Shown one piece after another: positions 1-12,599 of a DNA stretch of 64,000 nt (positions are counted from its first letter, which is position 1; each line of letters opens with the position of its first letter). Position numbers and translations under genes: made by a program. Source of the stretch: Paramoeba atlantica (Eukaryota; Protista; Discosea); the NCBI GenBank assembly GCA_977017575.1, contig CDRNVI010000137.1, positions 1-64,000 on the forward strand, written 5' to 3'. The notes beneath the pieces are model-generated. The model saw nothing but the letters and a program-made list of their open reading frames with translations. It was not told the DNA's origin and made no database searches.

Positions 1-1139
1 TCGTTGACAAAGATAAACAATCTCATAACGACAGCGCTGAATCATGTGACTTTGTATATTTTCATCAACATTAACGTCAAAGGTATTAAGCGCAAGAGGG
101 TACAGGTATAAATCCATCATTCGAAGTGCATACAATATCTTCTTCAAATGATTCAATGGAAATGATAAAGAAGAAGAAGAAGAAGAAAAACGGTTTGACG
201 AAAAAGAGGAAGAGGAGAATTCATCATCATGAACAGAAGAACCATTTCGAAGAAACTTGGCAACAACATTGGATATCGAATGAGAAATAAACTTCGAGCC
301 AATCAAGCAATGTGCATATGAAAAGATATTTAAAGCCAACCAAAGAATCGCTTCTCTTTTAGTTAAACCATCAAAACCACCACAACCACCACCACCACCA
401 CTCACCGGAACACCAACACAAGCCCTTACTACATCAATTCCCATCATCTCAAATAAAGGAAGAAGACGCTGAGCATATTGTTTTGTTGTCTGATCCGATT
501 GCCCAACCTTTGAAAATACTGTTTCATCTGAAGATTGTCCCATTGAAAGATCCCAATTTCCTCCTTTTGTTCGAATTCGATAAATATCTCTTCGCATTGA
601 AACTGAAAGCTCACCCAAAACAAATGCTTTTCCTTCAAAAAGAACTGAAATCAAAACCTCCAGTAATGGATTTTTATAAGGTGATGAATTTAACCAAGGT
701 TCAATAATTCCACCACCACCACCACCAGACCCAGACAACAACCCGCTGTGATCCTTATTCGTACTACCGCCACCACAACTCCTACTGCTGTTTCTGTTGC
801 TGCCATTGCTGCTGCCACCACCACCACCACCACCACCACCATCATTTCGATAATGGTGATGAGAAGAAAAAGGCATCATCTCATTGAAGCTCAAAAAAGG
901 TTTGAGGAATGAAGGAATACAAGAACCAACAGCTGAATTATCGAGAGCCCGAAGCCGTTTCCGTCGAGATTGACTTTCCTTTAATGAATAATCTGTAATC
1001 CCACCACCACCACCACCACCATTCTCAACAGAATTTGTTGTTCTCAACGCATATGGTAAAAACATGCCTTTTTCGCTCGGGTTCATATTCAACATCAAAC
1101 GAAGAGAGGAGACAGAGTTGTTTCCTTCTCTCCTTCCTC

Positions 1140-1227
1140 CAGCAGCAGCAGCAGCAGTACCAGCAGCAGCAGCAGCAGTACCAGCAGCAGCAGCAGTACC
1201 AGCAGCAGCAGCAGTACCAGCAGCAGC
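1140..1227 (+). repeat. CAG-rich microsatellite with a CAGCAGCAG...TAC periodicity, in a region of CCA/TTG/AAC trinucleotide tracts
   Basis: Read directly: (CAG)n punctuated by TAC. It gives the poly-Q or poly-A/V ORFs in the track. Confidence 0.9.
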
Positions 1228-1245
1228 TTTCTCCTCCTCCGTTTC

Positions 1246-1277
<32 letters not shown>

Positions 1278-4041
1278 AGTTGTCAGTTGTTGTTCTTGTG
1301 GTTGTCTCAAGAAGAGAAGAACAACAACAAGAAGAAGGAGGATCTGACTCAAAAGAAGAAGAACAACGAGAATGAGGGAGAGAACAAGAACAACAACCAT
1401 GACGAGAATTCTTGGAACAAGAACAAGAACAAGAAAACTGCTTCTGTTGCTGCTGCTGCTGCTCTCTTTTTGTCGATTCGAACAAAGAAGAGGAAGAAGA
1501 AGTTGGACACCCATCAAACAAAACACCTTTCCATTGATACACCACCACCACTTGACTGTTCGAAGAAGTGCGAGTACAACCATCCGCATGTTTTTTCTTT
1601 GATAAATCACTTTTCCTTTTACAAACAACACTATTACATTCAGAACAAAAAGAGAAACGAGGTGTCCCTTGTGGAACAGCTCCTTCGAAGATAGGAAGTC
1701 TTCGACAAGTTGCATGCGAGAAAGATAAAAATTGAGAAACATAATCAGGTGAACACCTCTTCATCACCGAAGGATCGCAAGATTTTGTCTGACATTGTTT
1801 CAAGAAAGATTTCTTTATCCAATAATACTTTTCGGAAGTACTCGTACTCTTTTTTTCAGCAGTTGGGATAAAACTATGACCACACGCAAAAATCACATAT
1901 TGAGTCTGTGAACCTCTAACAATCATAAAAGGAGGAGGAGAAGAATACTGCTGCTGCTGCTGCTGGGAAAACAAATCATCATTATGAGGTGGTGGAAACA
2001 ATTGAGTTAAATCATGATCTTGTTTCACCAACTGCGAAAACACAAGGCGATCAAGCGAGGGAAACGTCATACTGTAAAGAATAAACCCTTTTTACAAGCC
2101 AGCCAGCCAGCCAGCCAGCATATATGTATTATTTTGGGGGAGGGAGAGTGGAGCAAATGGTGGATGGATGATTCTCTCGAATTGGGTGAAAGATTACACA
2201 CCAAAGTGTAGAACTACACTACACTGGCCAACAAAAAATAAAGAGTGTACTCTACTGATTCACACACACCACACACCTAGACACAATGTACGATACGATA
2301 CGATACGATACGATACGACACGCGATAATGCTCTCTTCTCTTCTGAAGGATCGGAGAAGGGGGGGAGGGAGAAGGGAGGAAGGATGCTTATCTTAAGCTG
2401 CTTCGTGTCTCTTCTAACAATAAGAAAAAAAGAGAGTTAAAATTCATTTTTAATCATCACCAAAAACCAGAAAACCAGAAAACCCTCATAAAAACAAAAA
2501 ACAATATTCACTCAAAGGGAAGTGTTGAAAATAATACCTCAAAAACCAGTCGTCCAGAGAAGAAGGGAGGGAGGGGGAGGAGTGAGTGTGTGTTGCTTGT
2601 TTGTTTGAGTTGGTGTTGTTGGTTACTCGAAAAAAGAGAGAAAACTCTTTGTTTTTGCACGTGTACTCTTTTAGCAAAAAGAGAAAAAGCTCTTTCCAAC
2701 CACGAAAGTGAAACGAAAAGTCGAGCCAACGTTCAAAAAAATTCAAAAAAAACCTTTTCGAAAAGGTTATCGTTGTCCTCGCTCTCTCTCACCACACCTT
2801 AGTCTTTCCACGTGTACCTCTAAAAAAAGAAAACAAGCAAAAACAAAAACGTTTTTCTTTTTTTCAAAAAAAACCATAAATTAATCTTTCACAATAAAAA
2901 GAATTCTTTGAAACAAAAAAAGAAAAGAAAAACCTTTTTTCGAGCTTAAACCCTCCTCAATATTATTCAAACATCAGAAGAAGAGAGAGAAGAAACACAA
3001 CTTTTGAACCCCTCTCTCTCTCTCTCCACCCCCCTCCCTTCTTCTCTTGATTTTCATTTGTTTTGAAACTCAAAATGAGAGAAAAGAAAAAATAAATTGA
3101 GTATTCAACTTAATCTTTTCTTTTTTTTTCTCTTCATTATATTCAACTCCTGCTGTTATATTATCGTTGTCGTCTCTTCCTTTAAAAAAAGAAAAAAAGA
3201 AAAAGGAATATTGAATTAGTGTTTTGAAGGATAAAATAAAAAAAATATTATCTTGTTGTTTTAAATTAAAAAAAAAAAAAAAAAGAAAATAAAAAACCTT
3301 CTTGAAACCTCTTTCTCTTTCTTTCTCTTCTCTCGAGTCTCTTTCGCTCTCTCTCTCCCCCCCCCTTCAAAACCCTAAATCTCTTTGGATGCCGTCGATC
3401 GATTCTCTTCAATAAATCACTAATTACATAAGTCAGTAAAGATATATCTCTCTTCTTTCATAATAATCAAATTAGAACAAACCAGCAAAAAGAAACGATT
3501 TATCACTGCTGAAAAGCTTGATGTTCGCTCTCTCAACAAACAACAACAAACAACAACAACCACATGCATCAATTATTGTGTGAGATGATCTTTCCTCATC
3601 TTAACACCACTTCTTTCCCCCCCCCCCCCCTTCTTTCGTGGTTTGCCATCATCATAACACATCTTCTCCCTCTCCTTTCCCTCTTAATACTCACAAGACT
3701 GCCAAACATTGGACAACACAACAAAAGGATCACCGGAACAACCCAAAACCCAAACCCCCTTTTTCATTCTAAAAATAAAAAAAACAAAAAAAAAAAAACG
3801 AAAAAAAAAATCGGTGTCCCAAATAAAAAGACATCTTTTCATTGTTGTTTTTTTGTGTCAATTCTTTTTTTTTTCAAAGAATTAATATTTGAATCGAAAT
3901 CAAAAGAAGAGAAAATTGGTGGATTGGTGTTTGATGTTTGTTGATTTTCTTCTTCTTTTGATTCTTTTTCTTCCAAAACCTTAAACCCTGAAACTACCCA
4001 CCATAAAAATAACAATTAAAGATCTTTGAATTTTTTTGAAT

Positions 4042-5263
4042 TTAAAAAAAAAGAATATTTTTATTATAAGAAATATGATAAGAGTGAGGAGGCCACATAA
4101 TATTATCCGGGGAAGAGAATTGCTGGTCATAATTTTTAAAAAAAATAACAGTGTATTGTTCCCCACGAAAACTTTCCATTGCAATTTTTCGATGTCGCAA
4201 ACGTCCGTCAAAAACAATTATTGTTCCTGGAATAATTGGAATTCGAATTGTATATGCTCCTGTTGGGTCTTCAAATTCAAAAAAACTCTCACCGACAAAC
4301 GTTCCTAAAAAAATAACAATTTGAAATGTAATATCGCGTTCATCAGAGTGCCATTTGACTGATTGGTCATTCGATGTCATTAAAGAAACATAGATTACAA
4401 ATTCCCCAGAAGCGAAGCGATCATCGAGAAGAGAACATAGGTATTTCCCTTGAAGCCATAATTGTTTTTTCCATTGGGGAATTTTTCGTTCGAGTGGATT
4501 ATTAGCAACTCCAAAATGGCGGACAAAATTGTGGGGTTTTTCAAAACCTAATCCAAAATTAGGGGAAAACAATTAAAGGGGGTGGGTGGGTTAGGGTGTA
4601 AGACGAACAGACGAAAAAGAAACAAAAATAAGGTTAGAGAAAAAAGATAAACGAAAAAAACAAAGAAAAAAGAGATAAAAAATTAAAGAAAAAAAAATTA
4701 AAGAAAAAACCTGTTGCCCCAATTGCATTAACAGTATACCCAATCATAATTGTTCCTTTAAGATCAAAATTTTTTGAAGTTTGTTTTTGTGAAAAACGAC
4801 AAGAATTCTTCAAAAAGAAAAAGAAGATGCTCAAATATTGGGAAAGAACTGGTGGAAATGTTAGAAGTGGTTGAGGAAGGTTTGTGTTCGTAAAGATATG
4901 ATATTCGTGAAGTGAAAAAAAGGGAAGAATTTTGTGTTCTTTTCCAGGTTTGTTGAGAGGGTTTAAAAGGCTGCTTCTGCTGCTGCTGCTGAGAACGGAG
5001 GAGGAAAGATAATAATTTTTGAAAGGCTCTGGAATAGAAACTGAAAAAGGTGGTAATATCGTAAACTTCTCCTCCTCCTTTCTCAAAGGTAGTAAAGAAG
5101 AAGAGGAAGGGGGGTTGCATTGAAATGCTGTTAAGTAAAAATTGTCCTCATTCATCGCTTGCACTTTTCGCTTTTTTGCTTCTCTTTCTTCTCTTTTTTG
5201 TAAACACCAGTATGTTCGGCGGTCTTTTTGACGAAGAGAGGGAAAAAGGACTTTATGGGACAT
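4042..5263 (-). CDS. Putative two-exon TET/JBP-like 2OG-Fe(II) dioxygenase (exon 1 5263-4711, intron 4710-4548, exon 2 4547-4042; ~350 aa)
   Basis: Exon 2 has an HxD motif (KWHSDERD), IFLGTFVG (cf. LGxFxGG), IIVFDGRLRH (distal His) and GEQYTVIFFK. A GT...CCTAAT...TAG T-rich intron joins ORF 4634-5263 (..MIGYTVNAIGAT-G) in frame to ORF 4042-4572 (G-FEKPH..). Confidence 0.7.
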
Positions 5264-6429
5264 GGAAAGAAACTAACACAAAAAATGTGTTCAATATTTC
5301 TCTTGTGTGGAGAATTCAAAAAAAAAAAAAAAAATAAAAAAAAAATAAAAAAAAAAACAAAAAAAAAAACAAAAAATTCTCAAAAAATTCTCAAAAAAAA
5401 GTGTCTGCAAAAAAGGGATTTTTGTGCCTGAAAAATGGGAGGGGGTAGGAACTCTGCTTTTTTTTATTTTTTTTTTTTGTGAGAATTTTTTTTGTTTTTT
5501 TTTGAGAATTTTTTGAGAATTTTTTTGAGAATTTTTGAGAATTTTTTTGTTTTTTTTTTTGTTAGAATATTTGTGGGTTTAGAGAAGAAAGAAAACAAAA
5601 GAGAACTCTACCGCTATGTTGGCAGAGTTCTTAAAACAAAAAAAAAAGATTTAAGAAGCAACTTACTGGCACACTGAAAATTGAAGTCTAAACCCTATTC
5701 CAAGAAAAAATAAAAGTGTTTGCTGATTCACCAAGCATAAAGAGGCAACAACACAACCAACAACAACCATAAATAACAACCCTAAACCCTAGTGTTTCAA
5801 TTTCCAGATTTTTCATCTTCTTGCCATCTTTACACAGACGGAGGGGCACCACACCCACCACTGCTGAAGGGAGGAGGCCAACTCTCCATAAGTCCGGAGA
5901 CTTGTGCAATATAGTTGGTGTTGATAAAAGGAAGGGTTAATGGTTTTTTTCTTTGTTGTTAAGGTGATATTAGTTTGTTTTTCATTTGCGATCATTGTGT
6001 TGTGTGTTTGTGTTTTTCATTTTTTTTCAAAAAAACCAAAAAATAAAACAAATCAAAAATTAATTTTTTTATTAATATTTTTTTGATTTTTCAAAAAAAC
6101 AAAACAAACCTTTAACCTTTCTTTTTTATTATTTTGAACTCCAAAAAACAAAAGAGAAAGTAAAAGAAAAAAAATAAATCAGAAAAGAGGAGAGTAGATT
6201 TTGGCTGCACACGGACAGGACGTGTCAAAGATGAAACAAAAGAAAGGAAAGCAAATTGAACACAGAGAGAAGGAGGAAGGGAAGGAAAAAAGGAGGAGCA
6301 ATGAAAGGAGAGGGAGAGAAGCTTGTAAACCTAATTAGATGTGGTCCACAATATCACCCCTAAACCCCCAACAATACTTTGGTAAGAGAGAAAGAGGCAA
6401 AAGAGGAAAATTAGCAAAAAGAAAAAAGA

Positions 6430-6484
<55 letters not shown>

Positions 6485-6693
6485 AGGAAGAAAGAGGGAG
6501 AAGAGAAAAAAAAAAAGGATTGGAGGAGCAAGAAACAAAAAAGAATAAAAGAGAGAAAAAAAAAGAAAAAGAAGAGAAAAAATAAAAGAAAAAAAAGAAA
6601 AAAAGAAAAAAAAGAAAGAAAACCAAAGCACAAAAAAATCTCAGTCCATTAAAAAATAAGAGTGCTCTTATTTCTTGGTGGTTTCAAAGCAAG

Positions 6694-8200
6694 AGTAAAT
6701 CACAAAAGGAATAAGACGATACAATTTTTCAATGGATAAAGAACATTCTCTGAAAGAAAAAACATTAAAACAAAAAGTTATTTAAATATTATTTAAAAAA
6801 ATATCAGAAAAAAGAAACTAAATCCCTAACCCATCACATCACATTGTGCTTTATCTGAGAGAAAAATAGGATTCTTTAAATACAAGTAAATCACAAGGAA
6901 TAAGACGATGTAATTTTCAATGATAAAAAACACTCTCTGAAGAAAAAAACAATAAAAAAAAGTAATTAATTACTGTTTAAAAAAATACTAGAAAAAAGAA
7001 ACTGAACCTCTAACCCATCACATCACATTGTGTTTTATCTGAGAAAAATAGACTTCTTTGGAGAGAGTAAATCACAAGGAATAAGACGATGTAATTTTCA
7101 ATGATAAAGAACATTCTCTGAAGGAAAAAACAATAAAAAAAAGTAATTAGTTATTGTTTAAAAAAATATTGAAAAAAAGAAACTGAACCCCTCACATCAC
7201 ATCAAGTGCTTTATCTGAGAAAAATAGGCTTCTTTGGAGAGAGTAAATCACAGGGAATAAGACGATGTGATTTTCAATGATAAAGAACAGTTTCTGAAGG
7301 AAAAAACAATAAAAAAAAGTAATTAGTTATTGTTTAAAAAAATATCGAAAAAAAGAAACTGAACCCCTCATATCACATCAAGTGCTTTATCTGAGAAAAA
7401 TAGGCTTCTTTGGATACAGTAAATCACAAGGAATAAGATGATATGATTTTCAATGATAAAAAACACTCTCTGAAGAAAAAAACAATAAAAAAAAGTAATT
7501 AGTTACTCTTTAAAAAAATACCGAAAAAAAGAAACTGAACCTCTCACATCACATCAGGTGCTTATTTGAGAAAAATAGGCTTCTTTGGAGAGAGTAAATC
7601 ACAAGGAATAAGATGATGTGATTTTCAATAATAAAGAACAGTTTCTGAAGGAAAAAACAATAAAAAAAAGTAATTAGTTATTGTTTAAAAAAATATCGAA
7701 AAAAAGAAACTAAACCCCTCATATCACATCATTGTGCTTTATCTGAGAAAAATAGGCTTCTTTGGATACAGTAAATCACAAGGAATAAGACGATATTATT
7801 TTCAATAATAAAGAATAGTTTCTGAAGGAAAAAACAATAAAAAAAGTAATTAGTTATTGTTTAAAAAAATACCCGAAAAAAGAAACTGAACCCCTCATAT
7901 CACATCATTGTGCTTTATCTGAGAGAAAAATAGGCTTCTTTGGATACAGTAAATCACAAGGAATAAGACGATATAATTTTCAATGATAAAGAACAGTTTC
8001 TGAAGGAAAAAACATTAAAACTTTAATTATTTAAATATTGTTTAAAAAAATGTTGGAAAAAAGAAACTGAACCTCTAACCCATCACATCACATCACATTG
8101 TGCTTTATCTAAGAGAAAAATAGGATTCTTTGGATACAGTAAATCACAGGGAATAAGACGATGTTATTTTCAATGATAAAGAACAGTTTCTAAAAAAAAA
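6694..8200. repeat. Tandem array of ~8.5 units of 175-191 bp (mode ~176-178 bp)
   Basis: AGTAAATCACAAGGAATAAGACGAT recurs at ~6694, 6885, 7066, 7242, 7418, 7593, 7770, 7948 and 8138, with the whole unit conserved (no unique spacers). Confidence 0.95.
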
Positions 8201-9779
8201 AAACAATTAAAATAAAAAAAAATAAAACAAAAAAAATTCCGAATATCAACAAAAAGATTAAAACTCAAAAGAAACAACAAAAAACAAACTTTCATATTTT
8301 TAAGCTTTCAAAACCCTGAAATAAAAAAGAAATAAAAAAAAACAAAAAGAAAAAAAAAAGAAGAAAATGAGAGAAAAAGAAAAAAAGAAATCAAAAAAGA
8401 AATCAAAAAACCATTGAAAAAAAAGAAATCCTGTTCCCACTCAACACAAAAGAAAATGAATCCCTTTTGATTTTTTTTATTTTGTTCATTCTGAGAATAA
8501 AAAGAATTAGTTTTTCATTTTTCTAAATCTTTTCAAAAAAGAAAAAGAAAAAGAGAAAAAGAAAAAAGAGAAAAAGAAAAAAACCAAAAGAAAAAAACCA
8601 AAAGAAAAAAAAAAAACAATTTTGTGTGAAAAAAAGTAAAAAAGAAAAAGAGATGAAGGAAAAAGAAGAAAAAAGAAACGAAAAAAAAAAAGAGAAAAAG
8701 AAAAAAAGAAACAAGAAAAAGAAGAGGAAAAAAGAAAAGAAAGAAAACCTCAAAGAATTGAATCACCGGATAAACCTTGTGAATTCTCTTATCTTTCTCA
8801 CTTTGAGAAAAATAGATTGGTTTTTCATTTCTCTTTCTTAATATAAAAGTGATACATTGAAAAAACCAAAAATCTCTTGATTTCTAAAAGTCTATTTTTC
8901 TCATCTTTCAAAAAACAAAAACCAAACACAAAAATCAAACAAAAACAAAAAACAAAAAAGAAAAACTTTTTTGCCGAAAAACCGATTTTTATTTTGGGTG
9001 CGATTTTTTTTCTTGAAATTTGGCAAGGAGGTGAAAAAGAATTCAAATGTTCTTGTTTTTTCTTAGTTGTTCAAGCTTCCATCAAGATAGGACCAATACA
9101 AATTCAATTCTTTTTCTTTTTTTCTTCTTTAATCTTATTTTTGGTTTGCATTTGGATTTTTTCAATCAATTTTGGTCATACAATCCTTTTTCTTTGTTTT
9201 TTTTTGTTTTTTTCTCTTTTTTGTTGAATCTTTCTCTTTCTCTTTCTTTTTCTTTTTTTCTTTCTTTCTCACAAACAAAAAAGAAAAAAAAAACTGTTCG
9301 AAACAAAAAACCAAAAAAAAAAACCAAAAAAAGAAAAAGAAAATGGATGATGTGGCAACATTTGATTGGGAATTGGATTTTTTTTTTCTTTTTCGGAAAA
9401 GAAAGCGGCGGGTGAGAAAAAAACAGAAAAACAGAAAAAGAAAAGAAAGAAATTGAAAGAAAAGAAGAGTTGAAAGGTTTGGAAAGATACATGATAGATT
9501 GTTTGATTTACCAATGAACTTTTTTATTCCATATTTCAAGTGAATGTTTTAGTTTGTTATTCTTTTTTTTTTTCTTTATTCACAAACTATTAAAAACAAC
9601 ACCACCGGATCAATCATTTCACTTTTCCACACACAATCAAAAGAAAGAATTGAGAAAATCAAAGAAAAACAAAAGGTTTCTTTTTTAGCACACCTTATGC
9701 TTCGATGTTTTTCGTCTCTTTCGGATAGAATCGTCACCTTAATCGATTCGATTCGTAAATCTTTCGAAAAAATTCGTTA

Positions 9780-12200
9780 GTTTTTTGCAATGTATAGGGT
9801 GAAGTTTTAAACTTCAGCTTGGTTTCAAATCCACCACATATTTCTCTTTTTTCCCTGAAAACTGTAAAACCTGCACCCCCTAGATGAGGGTTTGTATGTC
9901 TTGAATCATTATAAAACATTTAAAAGCCTTTGAATTTAAAACTTTTCTTCTCTTTAGATCCTTTCTTGGTTTGAGTCCTTAGAGACTAAGGGAGGATTTT
10001 ATTCTTTTTTAGGATTTTTCTAAAAATTTTTTTAGTATATTAGGCTGATTTAGTTCCTTCTGCACACACTGTGAGCCACAAACTCAGCAGGGCAGCACTC
10101 ACCATAGAGGTTTCTTGCTTGGTAAGATACTTTGAGACAAGGCCACACACTCTTAGTTTCTTGTCAATTGAGTACTTTCAGCAAAATACATTTCCTTTCT
10201 CTTGCTTAAAGAAGACCCTCAGCCACAGAGCATTTTTCCAGTAGATGAAATCATAACTCCTTTTCTCAGTGGCAGCTGAGCAACAACTTGAATCTTAGTT
10301 TGAGAAGTGAGACAACTTGTTTCTTGTAGATAGCTCTTTTATTAGAAATTTAAGTAAATTTCTCTTAAGCTAAGGTCTAATTGCATGAGTTAAGTTGTAC
10401 ACCACACACTCAGCTCTTCCTTCCTCCACATACAAGTCTTTGATTTCAATTGGAATCATTTGAGACATATTGGTATATGCAACAAGTGGCCTGGCCAAAC
10501 ACAACTTTGGAAGAAAGGCTTTGGGATGCAATGAAAGCATCCTTCTGCATAGCTCCAATGGAGAGAGGACTCTGATAATCACTCCTCATTGGTGGACAAG
10601 AGGTGAAAAGAGCTCAATTAAAAACAATGGAGTGGTGTAGTTGAGGATTTGAGTCCAAAGGGGATAGTATAAAGTAAGAACAGAGGTTTTAGTGTTGGCA
10701 TAGGCACCCAGGGCTGAGCAGAGGGATTTGAACATCAAAGAGGTGACAGATTTTAGGATCAACTTAAATCTCACTAAGTATTCCATACATGGAGTTAGAT
10801 AGGTATTGACCATTTTCACTCTTGAGCAAAAATTCCCACCTCTCTTTTTAATTGCTGTTCCAACTTTCTTTGTCTTTTGGACCACCTTTTCCCAATCTTT
10901 GAGAAGAGATAACCATTTACTCAATCTCACTCCCAGTTTCATCACCACAGTAATTGAGTCTTGCCATCTCAGACCAGGGGCCTACTGGTTTGTAAGACTC
11001 AGTTGAGAGGACAAAGCACTTATTAAAGTTCAGTTTAGCTCCAGTCACTTCTTCATATTTCTTAAAGGTTGGAGTGAGAGAATTGATGGTTTCAGCTCTC
11101 TGAAGCATCATCCCCAAATCATCCATAAAGCCTGGCAGATCTTGGGGGTTGTGTTTCTTCTTCAGACTCACAAGGAGGATGTCAAACACAATCACAAACA
11201 ATAGAGGGGAGATTGGGCATCCTTGTCTAACTCCTGTCCATCTTTGGATCAATTCTTTGGTGCCTCCCCTCTTAGATCCACCAATATTTAGCAGCCAGGT
11301 TACATATTCACAAAAAACTTTCTCAACAACATAGATTGCTTGAGGGGGGTGTTCAAACCTTTGAGAATATGAAGGAGTGCATCACAATTCACATAATCAT
11401 ATGCCTTGCAAAAGTCTGTTTGGAGGAGAGTCACATCTTTCTGCCAAAGCTTTGTAAAAAGAGTCATATACTGATTTTACTGCTTCATCAATTGATCTCC
11501 TGAAAATCCATAACCTCACTTGCTTGTTGAATTAGTTCTACCCACATATCAAAGTACTTCTCTTGTGTTGCCTTATACAAAGAGAAGGGAATACCATCAG
11601 GTCCTGTGCTGGTGTTGTTGGTTTGAAGTAGTTTATTGACTTTCTTCCTGTCCACATCATGTTTCTCAACTGGGGGGAAATGAGGTTGGTGGTCAGCAAT
11701 CAGTTCATCAAGAGAATCTTTGTTATATGGTCTTTCTGTGCTGAAAAGACCCTCCCAAAAATCCTTAATTGCTTTTTTAACCACATTATCATCATGAGAG
11801 ATCACCCCATCCATGATTACATGTTGCTTTTAACAAAAAGATGAAGACCATCTTTGCTCCAAGTTAACAGATCTGTTAGGTCTGTCTGAATGAGTGTATA
11901 GTGGTGTGGTTCTACAAATTGACTTTTAGTTGAATGTTTGTTCAGAAAGAAACCATATTTTTTTGGAAATGAACATCATATAATTGGTTGAGGGGAGACT
12001 AAAGTGATATTTTTTCTTGAAATTGTCAAGGGAAAGTTCCATCCTCTTGAAATTCCTGAAATAGGCTTGTTCAAGTTTCAACCTCCATCAGGTTTTGGAG
12101 TGAAAACAAACTGTTGGTTTAATGCTTTACATGAGAGTGGGCTTAAGCTGCACTTGCAATCATAGTGTTTTTAGGATTGAAGTGACTTCAAATATTCCTT
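9780..12200 (-). mobile_element. Degenerate L1-clade non-LTR retrotransposon ORF2 (partial EN/linker - RT - CCHC remnant - RNase H start), 5'-truncated, frameshifted
   Basis: RT motifs TGPDGIPFSLYK, TDFCKAYDYV, GVRQGCPISPLLF, GFMDDL, TGAKLNFNK; L1-type thumb SRVKMVNTYLTPCMEYL; FHLLEKC; RNase-H-like FYNDSR..GGAGFTVF at 9919-9830. Confidence 0.85.
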
Positions 12201-12599
12201 TTGAGCCTTCAAAAAAAATCTAATGTTATATCTATATGTTCACTCTTGTGGTCTCTTTTCTGATTTGTTTGTTTTTTGGTTGAATGAAGATGGTGAAGGT
12301 TGAAGAAATGGAACAAAAAAGAAAAAGAAAAAGGAAAAAAAGTGTGTGTTTATTATTCTTTTGATGATTGGATTGTTTGATTTGAAAGAAAAGGTTATGT
12401 GTAGAAGTTGAAGGTGATGATGTTGTGAAAGGGAAAAAAAGAACCTGTTTTGTCAATTGATCCAAACAGAAACTCTTTCACCAGAGACTCACATTCCTGG
12501 ATGTATTCTCAGTGATTTTGACTTGACACTAATTGTTTGAAGAAACTCTGATTCAAGTTTTTCTTCTTCTTCTTCTTCATTGTCTGGGTCAATGCAACC

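Noticed and set aside
1-2000. Poly-Q, poly-P and acidic ORFs suggesting a host gene
   Set aside because: Every frame is broken by stops and the composition is explained by trinucleotide tracts; no domain was recognised. It may be a decayed gene, but no product can be supported.
2940-6370. Scattered AAACCCT(A) telomere- or telo-box-like heptamers (e.g. ~3370, ~5690, ~5780)
   Set aside because: At most two tandem units; expected by chance in A/C-rich DNA.
6694-8200. CRISPR-like array
   Set aside because: The whole unit is repeated, with no unique spacers; the context is eukaryotic and there are no cas genes. The same applies to 60999-62349.
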